64,000 nucleotides of DNA from Takakia lepidozioides (lineage: Eukaryota > Plantae > Bryophyta), in assembly GCA_030704615.1 (NCBI GenBank), contig CM060731.1, positions 60,698,001-60,762,000 on the forward strand, written 5' to 3'. Each line of letters starts with the position of its first letter. The stretch's first letter is position 1. Under the pieces are notes generated by a model that worked only from the letters and a program-made list of their open reading frames with translations, had not been told where the DNA came from and searched no databases. This document shows positions 40,605-52,559 of the stretch, piece by piece. The position numbers and the translations under genes are program-made.

Positions 40605-41760
40605 CATGAATTTCGGCACCGAAATCCGGATGAACATCTCTGTCATGTAACAGATTTGGAAGCCACGGGATGAATTCCGGCGACAGAATTCGGAATTAGT
40701 TCACATCATGAAACTGAGCAAGCACCCAACGGATGGATTTTGGTGCCGAAATTCGGATGAACATGTTCGACATGAAATTGTTTCTGCACATGGAAACATG
40801 AATTTCGGCGCCGAAATACGGATGAATGCAACCCTGAATGGACAGTAGGGATCTACTGTCGGCAAAGGGTCACTCCAATATTACATTTTCCATGCGACGG
40901 ATGAATTTCGGCGCTGAAATTCATCCGAACCCGACACTTACTTCTTGCTTCTGGATGATGTAAGGTTCCGAAATTCGTATGAAATAACCCATTCAGACAG
41001 AAAAACACGAATATTTTGCATTAAATTGAGAAATCGACACATTTAACACCTTTAGTCTTTCAAAAGGTCGTTATCCAATGACGTAAGGGATATTTTCTCA
41101 CGTTAGGGGAAATTAATTGCATTTTAGCCGTTGTTTTCATTTGAAACCGACCGTATCCATTAAGTGGTTATTTTTTGTACATGAGGTTGCCGGAAATAAA
41201 GTATAATTTCGGCGCCGAAATTATACTTAACAGTCCAGACATGACAAGTCCAACATGCATGGACAGTAACCGTGAGGGACACTGATGGCAGGAAAGCGTA
41301 GGCATGGTGCCGGTTTACTATTCGGGATGGATGTATTTCGGCGCCGAAATATGGATGATTTCAGCTTGTTTGCGCATGGACGGAGATATTGTTAATGAAT
41401 TTCGGCGCCGAAATATGGTTGAAATGTGCCCCAGTGCAGCATTCTGCACAGTTCCGGAATTAATTCCGGATCCGATATCCGACTGATAGGTATGCTCATG
41501 ACGGATGAGAATTGGGGAAGCGATGAATTTCGGCGCCGAAATTCATATGTTTGTGTTTGAAAGCACTTGCACATGATGAATTTCGGCGCCGAAATTCATC
41601 CGTCCGCTATGAAACGTGCCGACCTGACTGTTGAATGTCGGTTGTCGGTTTGATTTCCTGGCGGTTGGGTTTCATGATGTGCGGATAGTGCATTCAATGC
41701 CGGCTGCTCCGGGAACAGCATCCGGTGAACGGAACGGTATTTCGGCGCCGCAATTCGGAT
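40605..41760. repeat. Phased array of (A/T)ATTTCGGCGCCGAAAT(T/A) palindromes with dissimilar spacers, between the divergent transposase and MTase-like genes
   Basis: Cores at 40614, 40678, 40741, 40806, 40909, 41210, 41339, 41403, 41467, 41531, 41584 and 41743. Confidence 0.9.
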
Positions 41761-42011
41761 AAAGCGTCTTCTACTGGTGGCTTGAACAGGCACGCGTCGC
41801 GTTCCTGGCGACTTCATCCGTCCGAACGTGTCAGGGGTCGCAATCTCTTCATCACCCATACGCCGGAAAGTGGTGGACGGTGACAACGCTTGGGGAGACG
41901 TGGCTGCTTGCGCATCTGCTCGTGCACAGTGGTTGCATGTTCCACCGCTTCGCTCTCTCGCTCCTTGCCGTTCTGCGATGACATTCTCCTGCGTTTCCTC
42001 TCCTTATGCAG

Positions 42012-45000
42012 CATAGTGAACCACATGATGCTTGCCTGGACAGAGTACATTGCTGAAATGCATCCGCAAGATATCAATTGGCATTACATGGTGGTCTGCA
42101 TTGTCGTAAAGGTGGACGTGAGGGACAGAGGACTGCTGAAGGGTGTCATGGCAGATATAAATCTGTAAGTATACTACTACATCCTTGTGTAGTGCCTATT
42201 GTGGCGCCGAAATAGGCAATGTTCTTGACTGTCATCCACTCTATGAACTGGAAATTGGATTGTTGTGCCGAAATCTGGTTATTTTTGTATCATATTTTCA
42301 TGTTGTTCCTTTTATATTTCTCCATGGCAGGGTAACAGAGAGGGCCTTCGTGGAAACTCACCTGGCACATACGCTCTACAGAGTGCAAGAAGTGGGCACA
42401 GCACCGCTGACGGACTTCCAAAAATCCCTCGATCCTGAGCTGTACAGGAAGTCCCTTGTGAAAGCGGATCGCACCTGGTACCGATCAACATTGGACGCCA
42501 TGTTGGAGATCCTCTATTCGGTGAGGTTCATCTCAAATTTCCCAATTTAATGCTATTTGTTACATGGATCAGTGGCCTAACTGTATCCGCTGGGTATGGG
42601 AATGCAGACGAACATCAGGGATGACTTGGCCTATGCCAAAAGGCAGTTCTTTGAGAGTGATGCCCCCAACAAGGCGGACGCGTCAATAGAGAGTCACATT
42701 GTGCAGGCAGGGAGGCAATCACGGACCAAGTACAGGTCCAAACTTGTGAAGCAAGTTGCAATCGCTGACCCTGGTCTTGGTGCCGAGTTCCTGGCGGAGA
42801 TAGGACTGCATTACTCCAGACCCATGAAACCAGAAATGTCCATGGAGAAACTTCATCAAATCACAGTGTCATGTGTTGAGCTGGCGGAGAAGATAAGCAT
42901 GTGTTGGTTTTTGTTTTGTGTCTTCTCGCGATTCTCATGATGAGGTTCTTTTGTCTGACCGATGTTAGGTCATGTAGACGAGGTGGCTGCGAATCTGAAA
43001 CGGCCATATAAACACGAAGCTGTTGTACCACTTTTCCATCGAGCCAACTGACGACAAAGTGAACGACTAGCTAAATGTGATGACTTGGTGGCATCAGGTA
43101 TAATGTCCTCCTCTTCTGTGTGTTGGACATCATCGCAATTTCAAATTCATGAATGTTTTGGAGACCTGCAATGCTGCAGGTACTGACCCACGCCCAGGAG
43201 CAATTGGATTGCAACACCACCACTTTCGAGTTACAGATCGACTGGACGAAACCGGAGACAATGGAGAACTACGTGCAGTCCTGGCGAGGGCGCTTCGCAA
43301 ACCTCTTTTTCAGAGAAATTGCAAAGGCAAAACACAGCGTATACATCGAAGAGCAGGAGGGTGCCGACAAAGCGGCAATGCGAGTCTTGTTCAGGTAATC
43401 TGCTGCCAATGCATCCCCCTATTTGCAGTTTTGAGAATTTAGCCAAGCAGCGGTGGGTATTGCGGCGCCGAAATATCCCTCTGCAAGATGTGAATGTTGG
43501 GTAATTGGGGCACGCTCCATTGCGTATTTCGGTGCCAAAATACCTTTTGCATTCAGAACTTCCTCTTGCATGATGCATCAGTAGCATGATTTTTGTTGAA
43601 CTGACTCGTGATTGCAGGTACATAAATTTTTCTCTCGTTCCGTCTGGAGCCATTCAAAGGGTTCCACCATTCTTCCTGGCGTGGAAGACACCTGGAGGTC
43701 GTGGTACGATGTACACAGAAGTAATGGCGAAGGAATGGCATGCCGAACATTTGGTAGACTGTCCCTGGTATGTGGATCTCCCAAGTGGAACCGTTGACCT
43801 CTCGGAGGTTAACTTGAAGAAGGAAGCGAACGCCCGGGCTATGAAGGCGCATTTGGATCCCCAACCAGAGGACGCGAAAAAACTGAAAGTAGAGGAGGCA
43901 GCAAAGCAGAAAACACTGAGAAAGTCAGCCAAGGCGGCAGCGTTGGCGAAGGAGCAGATGGAGAAGCAAGCAGCTGAGCAACCCAAGGACAAGAAGAAAA
44001 GAACGCGCAAACAAGGGCAAGAGACGAAGAGCCCCACACCCAAGAAGAAGAAGCAGCAACATAGTCAGCCAGATGACGAGGATTCCGACAACGATTTCCA
44101 GCAGGATAACACCCAAGGGGCCACACCTCGTCCGAAAATTTATAAAGGCCAGCGCTTCGGGGGTTCAGCTGCAAAGAGATCACTATACGAGGATGCACCT
44201 GGTAGACCCTATCGTGCAGTGCACATTGCGGGCAGGGAAGTCCTCAAAACACCCACAATTGTGGAGTGTGTTAATGAAAATTTCCTAACTACTTTGACCA
44301 GAAGGCTGGAGAAAACGAGATTGAGGAAGGTGATCGAGTCCCACCAGGGGAAGGGGAAGAGGAAGGCCATTGGCAACAATATCGAGGACACTACCGGCTA
44401 CACAAAGATGATGGAGTATTTTGTGGCGATGAGCCACGACAAAAAGAGCACAGTCGGGGGCAGGGCGGTGAAAGCCTCCATCGACATGATCCTTGTGGAT
44501 ATCCCGGATGGGCAAGAGATACTGGGGCTGGGCTCACTACAAGTACGACGAAAGATACTGGAGCCACACATTCGGGTTCGCAGCCAACGTGTTGGACGAC
44601 GACGGCTATGTTGTTGTGCTAGCAGCCGATGGAGAAGTCACTGAGAATGATATCAAAGTATGGACGGGGAGAAGTGCAGCACCCATCCTGAAGAAGATCT
44701 GGACTTGCATCAACACGCAGGGTCTTGTCAACAATGGTCAGAAGGTATGTTGCGGTTTTCCTGTGTTATGCCAATTTCTGCGCCGAAATTGCTCATGTAC
44801 GTGTAGGCCACCTCTCACGTTCTCCTTTCCTTCTTTGTAGACTCTTATCTTTTAGGCATTCTACTTTATGAAGGAACATTTGAAATTCAAATTACGTCAA
44901 GCAAGCAGACTTGTTGATTCCACAGTTGATCCACTGGAGTATAATGTCATGTTCAACCCATGAGTCCTGCATTCATCCAGACGTTGTTAGAGGGCTGTCT

Positions 45001-46451
45001 GGGACTTAGACCTTTTTATGGGCTCTGTGGGGTACCCTTAATTTTTGCGCAGACTTACGGATGGTAGACTTAGACCAACAGAGGCCTTAGGGGCGACAGG
45101 TACAAGCTTTAGGGGTAGTAGACAGGCTTACACACTTAGTCACAGTCTTACACAGTCGTACACAGCCTATCATAGTTTATCACAACCATACACAGTCTTA
45201 CACAGCCCGACACAGCCTTACACGGTCTGTCACAGTCAATCACAGCCTATCACAGTTAGTCACAGTCTATCACAGCTCGACACAGCTTCGCACAGCTAGT
45301 CACAACCGACACAGTCCGACACAGCCAGTCACAGCTCGACACAGTCACAGCCCGACACAGTTTGGCACAGCCCGTCACAGCGTACATAGGAAACGGTTAT
45401 CATTGGCAGGGAACAACTGTATGGAAACGACATCTGCAGAGGGAACGTGTTTACTTCTTGAGATGACAGTTAGTTAGTTAGACGGTTAGAACAGCTTGTG
45501 GGTAGATTAGGCAGAGTAGCAACTTGGAGAGGGAACTTCACAGGGGGCGCTTCTTGGTCATTCATGAGAGGAGATCAGGCGAAGAGCAGGAACGGGAGCA
45601 AGGATAGAGAGCACGGTGAAGGAGGAGAGATGATCAGTAGATGCTCGTTTCATGCAAAGCTGTAGTGATACTGTAGAGCATATTAGAGACACCATGGCTT
45701 CGGCCTAATACCTGATAAATCTTAATCTGGTACTTATTCGATACAAACACACTGTGTAAAGAGACTTGAGTGAAGCTGTGAAATGAATGGATGAGTCAAT
45801 AGAACCTGATAGATACTGAAGCAATCTGATGCTTCAGTATACACAGTAAGGTAATTTGCTAACATGAAGGCAAGAAGAAATACAAATAGGAAGCACAACC
45901 ATGATTCACTAGCTGTAGGTCATGACTGATTGTTCTGAGCGAGCTGAGTGCTTAGAGATATCCAACTCTTCTATCTCGGAGTTCCCACCTCGGATAGCGA
46001 AGGGATGGGTGAGTAAAAGCCGCTTGACAGACGCTCATGGAAATGTGTACGGATATTGAAGGCAGGGTCCTCAACGTCACGACTAATACATGTTAGAGCG
46101 TTCAGTGATTGCGGCACCGAAATTGACACCGTTTCTAATTGTCTTTGTTTGCTTGCACGAGGAAGCGAGTCATTCTTGACTTTGGCTTTGGTTGTGTCTT
46201 ATGAATTCGCAGGTGCCTGTATGTGGGCGGGAAGGATGTCCAACCGATTTGTGTTCTCATTTGAGGGGGATACGGCCTTGTACGATTTCAATTTGGCGGG
46301 CCTACAACGTCTTCCTCCTACTGAGGATCCCAACAACGCAGAAGAGGACGTGGAAGGGGAGGAGGAAGAGGAGGAGGAGGAGGAAGTCCAGGAAATTCGT
46401 CCGATGCAGGGGCGCCCGAAGCCGCTTTCTGCAATGTCTGTCTTCGAGTGA
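42012..46451 (+). pseudogene. MULE-borne multi-exon gene encoding a β-class N4C/N6A DNA-methyltransferase-fold protein (copy 1); disrupted by stops, a frameshift and a solo LTR
   Basis: Exons ~42012-42164, 42331-42520, 42608-~42900, 42978-43097, 43180-43395, 43618-44743, 44841-44984/46035-~46095, 46214-46447. IDMILVDIPDG (44498-44509, motif IV position), NVLDDDGYVVVL, SPAFIQTLMEMCTDIEGRVLNVT (motif X-I), RFVFSFEGD (motif II), acidic tail. Confidence 0.75.
44985..46029. mobile_element. Solo LTR inserted in the MTase-like gene
   Basis: TGTTAG…TTGACA termini and a 5-bp TSD GACGT/GACGC. Removing it rejoins SPAFIQT|LMEMC, which matches copy 2 SPAFIQTLMETC. Contains a CACAG micro-repeat at ~45130-45385. 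Confidence 0.85.
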
Positions 46452-47309
46452 GTTGCACCATAGTAAGTGTATTGGTTTCGGTTGTAGGGACCATGCAACC
46501 TGCCGATGATTCCATGTTTCAATGTTCTAATGTGCTTCATTTTGTGTTTGTGCATACACTCAGCCTTGCAGAGTCGTCCGACGAGGAAATGCTGGGAGAC
46601 TTGCCCGAATCGGACCCTATTGCAGAGGAGGAGACAGAATCGCATCGGCCATTCTTTGCCAGAAAAGCGTTTCTTGCGAGTCCCCAGAAGCCCTTTTTCT
46701 ACCACCCTATGCAGACACGGCTGCCAGAGAAGCCATCAGGAGGGAGGATAGGCCTACTCGGTTCGAGCAATTGATATTCGGGAAGGAGCAGAGAATTATA
46801 ATGAGGCGTGAGGCCAAACATGGAATTGTGAAAGACAGAGTAGGCAAGTTCGTCATAGAATCCGCGTCTAAGAGCGAGGGGGATGATGAGGATTGTTCCG
46901 CATCCAGGTGGACAGTTCCAGCTGGTGAGGATGGTATTTTTGAGGGGAGGGCTTCTCAGAGTAACAGCAGTAGCAACAGTGCAGTTTTCGGAGGCAGGTG
47001 GAAGGCAGCTATCTTTGCATGAGGCCGGGGATGCATTGGACAATGATTGCGGATCCTTGCCATAGCAAAGTCTCATTTGGATCCTTCTGTTGTATAGTTC
47101 TGAAACACTTAATGAAAATATTGACGATTTTTGAAATCATTGTGTTCAGACTGTGCATGTCCGATTCCCAACATTTCTTCCGCAAACCACAATGTAATAA
47201 TAAAAGCAGAAGAGATGCAAAGTAAAGTAAAGAACCCTACAAGTAATTTATGCACACCAGCGAACCGCGAACTAAAAGCCATGAAAACACTGTCGTTTCT
47301 AACATTCCT

Positions 47310-47595
47310 ATTGGGAATTTCGGCGCCGAAATAGCCCAGTGTGCGCCTTCATAATATGGGCCTTATAAAATTCCACGTAGGAATTATTGCACCAAAATAC
47401 GATGGAAGCCTTCAGCACAAGGCACTTCAACACATTCCACTTGGGTATTTCGGCGCCAAAATAGCCTGCTCTGTGCCATAAAATACGCCAGTATATCATA
47501 TTTCAAAAGAGAATTTCGGCGCCGAAATACCCCGATGGAAGTCTTCAAAACACCACTTTACCACACTACTCTTGGGAATTTCGGCGCCGAAATAC
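47310..47595. repeat. Array of AATTTCGGCGCCGAAATA palindromes at ~65-bp period
   Basis: Cores at 47321, 47387 (degenerate), 47451, 47517 and 47582. Confidence 0.88.
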
Positions 47596-47921
47596 CAAGG
47601 TCGGTGGTTTTAGGACACCGCTGGTTTTAGCACAATTTCTTCCCGTAATGTCGTGGCACCTTCTCTGTCTAGCCCCTTCTAGCACCAGTCATTTTTGATC
47701 GCCTGTGTGGATAGCCGTTGCCGGCCAATGGGGGCACGTATTGCCGTTGCCCCAGAGAAAATCACGCAAGAGGGTGTTCCGCAGTGGGTTTTCAATGTTT
47801 GCATCTCCGTGTTGAAACACAACAGTCATTACTTGTCTCTCTCTATTCCCGGTGGGCGCACACTTCCTCAATGCCGCCCTGTGTAAATGTCTTCTGCATT
47901 TGACGGAGCGGGATTGGAGGT

Positions 47922-48491
47922 TTGCGATTGCGTGAGCCGGTGATGGGAGACATTATGGTGGAGTTGGACTTCAGTGGTACACGCAGGGTGACGAGTTTCC
48001 GAGCACTTCTGTGGGATTCTCTTTGGGTGAGGCTTGCCAGTGGACAACAATGGATACTTGTTGTGCGAGATAGACCTGAAAGACGGAGTGTTTGTCTCTT
48101 CATGAGATGTTGCTGCGGCAAGTTCTGGAGGTCTTACTACCATAACTATACTGCACCTCCACAGTGTTTGCTCCCGGATAGGGCTCTTGAGTTGCTCACT
48201 CACTCTTCTGGGCCAGGGAATATATTGTTGACACTAAGGGAGAATCGGAACAGGTTTGTTTTGGATGTTTGCGAATTTCACGACGTTGTGGAGGAGGTCC
48301 CAATAGGAGGCCTCCAATATCTGCATGTTTTCACGAACGTGACCTCTATAGATATCTTGTATCTTTATGTGCGCCATCTTAATCCAGAAAACGGCAATGC
48401 GCAGTGGACGACTACCGCACCACTCCTAATTCTGGACATGTGGTTCGACGACTCGGTGGTTCCTGTTGTGGATGTCAACGCAGCAGCATAG
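47922..48491 (+). CDS. MULE accessory ORF, unknown function (182 aa from the ATG at 47943)
   Basis: Uninterrupted ORF with globular-protein composition inside the MULE, near the right TIR; no recognisable domain. Confidence 0.4.
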   Translation: MRLREPVMGDIMVELDFSGTRRVTSFRALLWDSLWVRLASGQQWILVVRDRPERRSVCLFMRCCCGKFWRSYYHNYTAPPQCLLPDRALELLTHSSGPGNILLTLRENRNRFVLDVCEFHDVVEEVPIGGLQYLHVFTNVTSIDILYLYVRHLNPENGNAQWTTTAPLLILDMWFDDSVVPVVDVNAAA

Positions 48492-49586
48492 AGCGTTAAG
48501 GATCATTGTGGAGGGTGATTGGAGGGCACAGGCTCCGGGTTATGGTAGTTCCACAGGTTTCTTATGCCGCAGTGGTCCATTTCTGATAATGGAAGCTCGG
48601 AGTTGTCGCTGTACAAAATAAAAACTTGTAGTTTCCTGATGTTTGTATTTCGAGCGTGTATGGAAATTTTCTGTCATGTCAATGTGGGCTTGATGTTGTG
48701 TTGAATGGGATTTGCAAGTTGAACTGTCGTCTGACCCTAAATATAATACCTTGTCAGCACAATGGCTTGTGAGGGCTGTTTGTGTCTCTTTCCTGTCCTG
48801 CACGATGTTTTACAGTCGTGACGTGGAATAACAACGCCGAAATACCTCATTCCGCATCCTGGACCAGGAGAAACAGACCCTATTATCGAGATATGAGGAC
48901 ATAATACCGTCAATAAAGGCACAAAAATTCCAATTCCGCGGATGCCCGCTCATGAGCTCATAGGCTCATAGGCTCATGGGCTCATGAAATAGTAAACCTC
49001 GGTCCATTCAAGGTTATTCCATGATTTCACATTGAATATTCACCAATATTACAAAATAATTCGGATTTTTTTATTTTTTATTTTTTGCATTAAATTTCAT
49101 TTCGATGTGCCCACAGCTGAAAAATATATACGATGACACTACACACCTGAAACTGCACACATTTCTTAAATGATCCATTTTAGGTGTTTCTACCTAAAAG
49201 ATGGCGCCCTGACACAGATCAGGGGCGGTGTACTCGGGTGTTAGTGGTGTTAGTATTGTTAGTGTATAGTGTTTGATGTCCTCTCGCGCATTGCCTGCTC
49301 TTTCCACTTGCTCCTTTGTTGTGAAACCTTGTTTCTTGAGAGGAAATGAGTACATGCTTCATGTTTGTTTTGTGGTGGGGAGAAGCCGGGTACCGTAGGC
49401 ATTAGTGGTTCTCGCCGGCGTTGTCGGGGTCAGTTAGGTCTTTTCCACGGGATCTACTCTACATCCTGCTGCCTAAGTGGTTCGCCAATGCGTGTTATCA
49501 AAGGCGGCTCCTCGTCTTGCCAGATTTTCTCCTACTGTTGCGATATTGCCTTCTCACGCTGCGGGCTGGGGTGTGATTGCAGGGGA

Positions 49587-50568
49587 TGGCGGCAGTTCGT
49601 GATTTCTCTTGTGTACTTTGCAGAGAGGGAGAGAGCTTGTTTTTGCATATTAGTGTGGTGCTTACTATTGAAGCTAATCCCATTGTAGAGGCCAACCCTG
49701 CTGCCGCTTCTCATTCTGCTGATGCTCTTGTTGTTGAAACCAATCATGTGGTTTCTCACCCTGCTGATGGTCTTGCTATTGCTAACACAACTAACAGCGC
49801 GCGGCTTGGCAGTGTTGCCTTGCTAGCGTCGCCACTTTCTAAGCCTACTGCTCACGTTCCAGCTCTTGTTGTTTCGTTGGGTTCTCCTGGTGGTAGTGAC
49901 TATGTTAATCTGGATGAGGCAGAAGCGTGGTCGCCAAGTACTTTGAGAGTAGGCAGCAAGCGGCAAAGTTGGAAAGGGATATTGAGCTATCACAAGAAGT
50001 AGATGACCTGTTGTGTGAAATTTGTGATGAGGATCAGCTTTGGTTTGAACGCATAGAAAAGGCTGTCGTTGAAGACCTTGCTGCGTTAACCAGTCATCAC
50101 GAATCCTTGTTTGCAAGGCCTTCGCTTGAGCCCAGTGCGGTGTCTAGAGCCATACAACTTGCTAAGAAAGAATTTGAATTGCGCAACGCTGAACGCTTGC
50201 CATCCAAAGCGATCAAGTCACGCTTCCTGCATCACCAAGAATTGATGTGGTTGGAACTGGGTCTCTATCTACCTCTCTCCGGTGTTCGAAGTGCGGAGCT
50301 TCATGATGGCCGTGGTTTAGTGGGGCGAAGTTGGTTGTCGTTGATGTTACAAGGCACGGGAGCTCTGATCTTGAGGGCATTGTGGTTTCAGCTCCGACCT
50401 TGCGCTTTGGCACCTACTTATTCCCACTTGATTGATGGTTTGAGAGTGGTTCGCCCAAGTGCTTTTGAGAATCTGAGTGACTATTCGGACTCGACTATGC
50501 TTTCGCGTACGTGGAGAGAGGGTGACACTGCCCGCGTGGGTTTATGGCTTAAGAGAGCTGACGGCTAG
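49587..50568 (+). pseudogene. Extra ORF upstream of gag in the LTR element, frameshifted, unknown function
   Basis: Overlapping ORFs 49577-50002 and 49927-50568 (coiled-coil-like) just after the 5' LTR. Confidence 0.35.
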
Positions 50569-51798
50569 GAGTGGTTGGCTTTGGGAGTCTATGAGCTACA
50601 GTCACACAAGGTGCTAAGGGTTGTGTACTGCTCCATTTGGGTTCCAGAGGTTAGCTCGCCAAGTGCTCGGCCCGCACTCCATTATCCCTGTTGTTTAAAG
50701 GTTAACTTTCCAATCTACTTTCATTTCTTGCATGCCAGGTAATTCTAGAACTACTTGGCTACGATCAGGCAGGTAGATGCTCATGAATAGTTCAAAGGAG
50801 CCGCTGGCTGAAGGTGTAATGGAAATGAACGAGGGATCGGACAACCTGTAGGCAGGTAATTTTGTGACCAATGATGATGAATGTTTGAACAATGGTACTT
50901 TGGGGGCGGAAGTAGAGCCCTCAGATGGTGTTGCGTTGGTAGATGAGGGTTCCGGGATAGCCAATCCAGAGGGCCTCTCTATTTACATATGTTCAAAAGC
51001 CATAGTGGCTGGACGAACTGAGCCCACGGCACGATCACCGGCTCGGGAGTTGATCAGTCTGCCCTCTTATCCTGTTCGTGTTCAGGGGGTAGCTAGGTTT
51101 GATTCGGATGTTTGGGCTACTATGAGCGGTATGTTGGCCCCAGTGACAAGTATGATGCATGTGCCTGTGATGGGTCTCCCTAATCCCACTCTCGGGGGAG
51201 GGACTAGTTCTTTGAATTCAAGTTTGCATCTGGGTACTGTCCCTTTGTTGAATGTATCCAGTCCCCATCCAGTCCTGCTGCGGGTGGAGGAGCAGTAGTA
51301 CCAGTGCCCTCCACCTCGTCTGCTGGTCATGCACGTCATGATAGCACCCATGTGGGGACTCTCCTTGTTCAACAGATGGGGAGGCCGCCACAGGTTACAG
51401 CTAGTCAGGCTATAGGTGTGCATGCTAGCAATGTTGGTATTGTTCTTGTTGAACAGCTCCAATGGTGGGAGTGGCACCCACTCCTCCCATGAGTGGTGTA
51501 CCACAGCCCCACCTACAATCAATTTACCCAGCTGCTCAGTCAAATGTGATGTCACATACCCTCCCCATGGGCGTGCGGACACTCCTCTAATATAGGACCA
51601 ACTAATAGTGGGTTTAGTCAAGGCACTGCATCTGCTGCTAATCATGTGCATACTGCCAATAGCACTTCTATTCATACTCAGTCCACAGTTCCCTGCTGCC
51701 CTGCTCATGGATCTGTTCTTCCTGGACATATAAACCATAGCTTGCCCTGTCATCTGATCCCTCAGCTCACCACTAGTCAACCCTATCCATAGTATAAC

Positions 51799-52390
51799 AT
51801 GGGGGAGGACTTTGATAGATATCTTCAAATGTTTGAAGTAATTGCTGGCGTGAATGGAGTGCTTGAGAACTTTAAAATGGTCATCTTTAGGATGAGCATG
51901 AAGTGGTCAGCTCGTGACTTGCTGCATGCAGTAGTCATGGATGATCCCAGCCTCAATTGGGCAACCCTTATAGAATGGGCTAAGACCTTGTTCAAACCTC
52001 ATGAAAGGCCTCTGGACTGCTTTGCTAAGCTCGAGGACTTACCAGCCTAGAGAATCTTTGTGGCAATTCTATGTAATGGACAAGTTTGTTGCTGTTGATA
52101 ACATCATTGACCCAGCAGAGAGAGACCGCATGGTCAAGAGGTATTTTCTCCTTGGATTGCCCCCTGCTATTCAAAATTGGGCTCAGCATCGTCATTTTGT
52201 CAATGACAAAATTATGTTAGCAGAAATTAACCTTAAAATGGCAGACTTGGCTGATAGCAAATCAACGCAACCTCATGCCAAGTTTCAAGCTCCAGTGAGC
52301 CCGAGTCTGCAACATTTGTACCATATGTTTCTTCTGCTATGCATGGCAAAACAGATGACTTCACCCTTCAAGGGTTGGCCAACACAGTAG
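51799..52390 (+). pseudogene. Retrotransposon gag (capsid) remnant
   Basis: GEDFDRYLQMFEVIAGVNG…SARD…NWATLIEWAKTLF…RESLWQF…RYFLLGLPPAIQ, typical of Retrotrans_gag; frameshifted; preceded by a degenerate low-complexity frame from ~50820. Confidence 0.65.
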
Positions 52391-52559
52391 GCAGTCTTCG
52401 TGAGTCTGTAGCCACTCAGTTTGGGGGGCTGCTGTTTCATGAGTGGCATGAGCATGAGTGGGAAAAAAAAAAGCATGAGCGGACCATTGTGTGTCCACAG
52501 AAATAGGGTTAGGAGGCACGGAAATAGGGTCATATGAAGTTGGAATGTGGCACTAGTGG

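Larger units (their letters stand above)
34528..49000. mobile_element. 14.5-kb Mutator-like DNA transposon (MULE) carrying a transposase, a DNA-methyltransferase-like gene and two accessory ORFs
   Basis: 8-bp TSD GGTCCATT (34520-27 / 49001-08). Imperfect TIR GGGGGTTGCTATTCCATGAG versus GAGGTTTACTATTTCATGAG (16/20), followed by a shared TCATGAGCGGGCAT. Internal MULE-type transposase. Confidence 0.88.
34023..49194. mobile_element. PIF/Harbinger-type MITE (~690 bp: 34023-34527 + 49009-49194), split by the MULE
   Basis: Perfect 21-bp TIR GGTAGAAACACCTAAAATGGA (34023-34043 / 49174-49194). 3-bp TAA TSD (34020-22 / 49195-97). The 3' LTR at 57845-57860 shows the empty site. Confidence 0.85.

Noticed and set aside
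40605-41760. CRISPR-like array (palindromic repeat with unique spacers)
   Set aside because: Eukaryotic TE context, no cas genes, repeats only ~18 bp and irregular overall; better explained as phased protein-binding sites.
34023-49194. MULE transposase element with a 3-bp TAA TSD (apparent new superfamily)
   Set aside because: The transposase belongs to an inner element with its own TIRs and an 8-bp TSD; the outer TIRs are a separate MITE.
49373-49396. tRNA primer-binding site TGGTGGGGAGAAGCCGGGGTAC
   Set aside because: Only loosely tRNA-Ala-like and not preceded by a CA LTR end; cannot be supported without a search.
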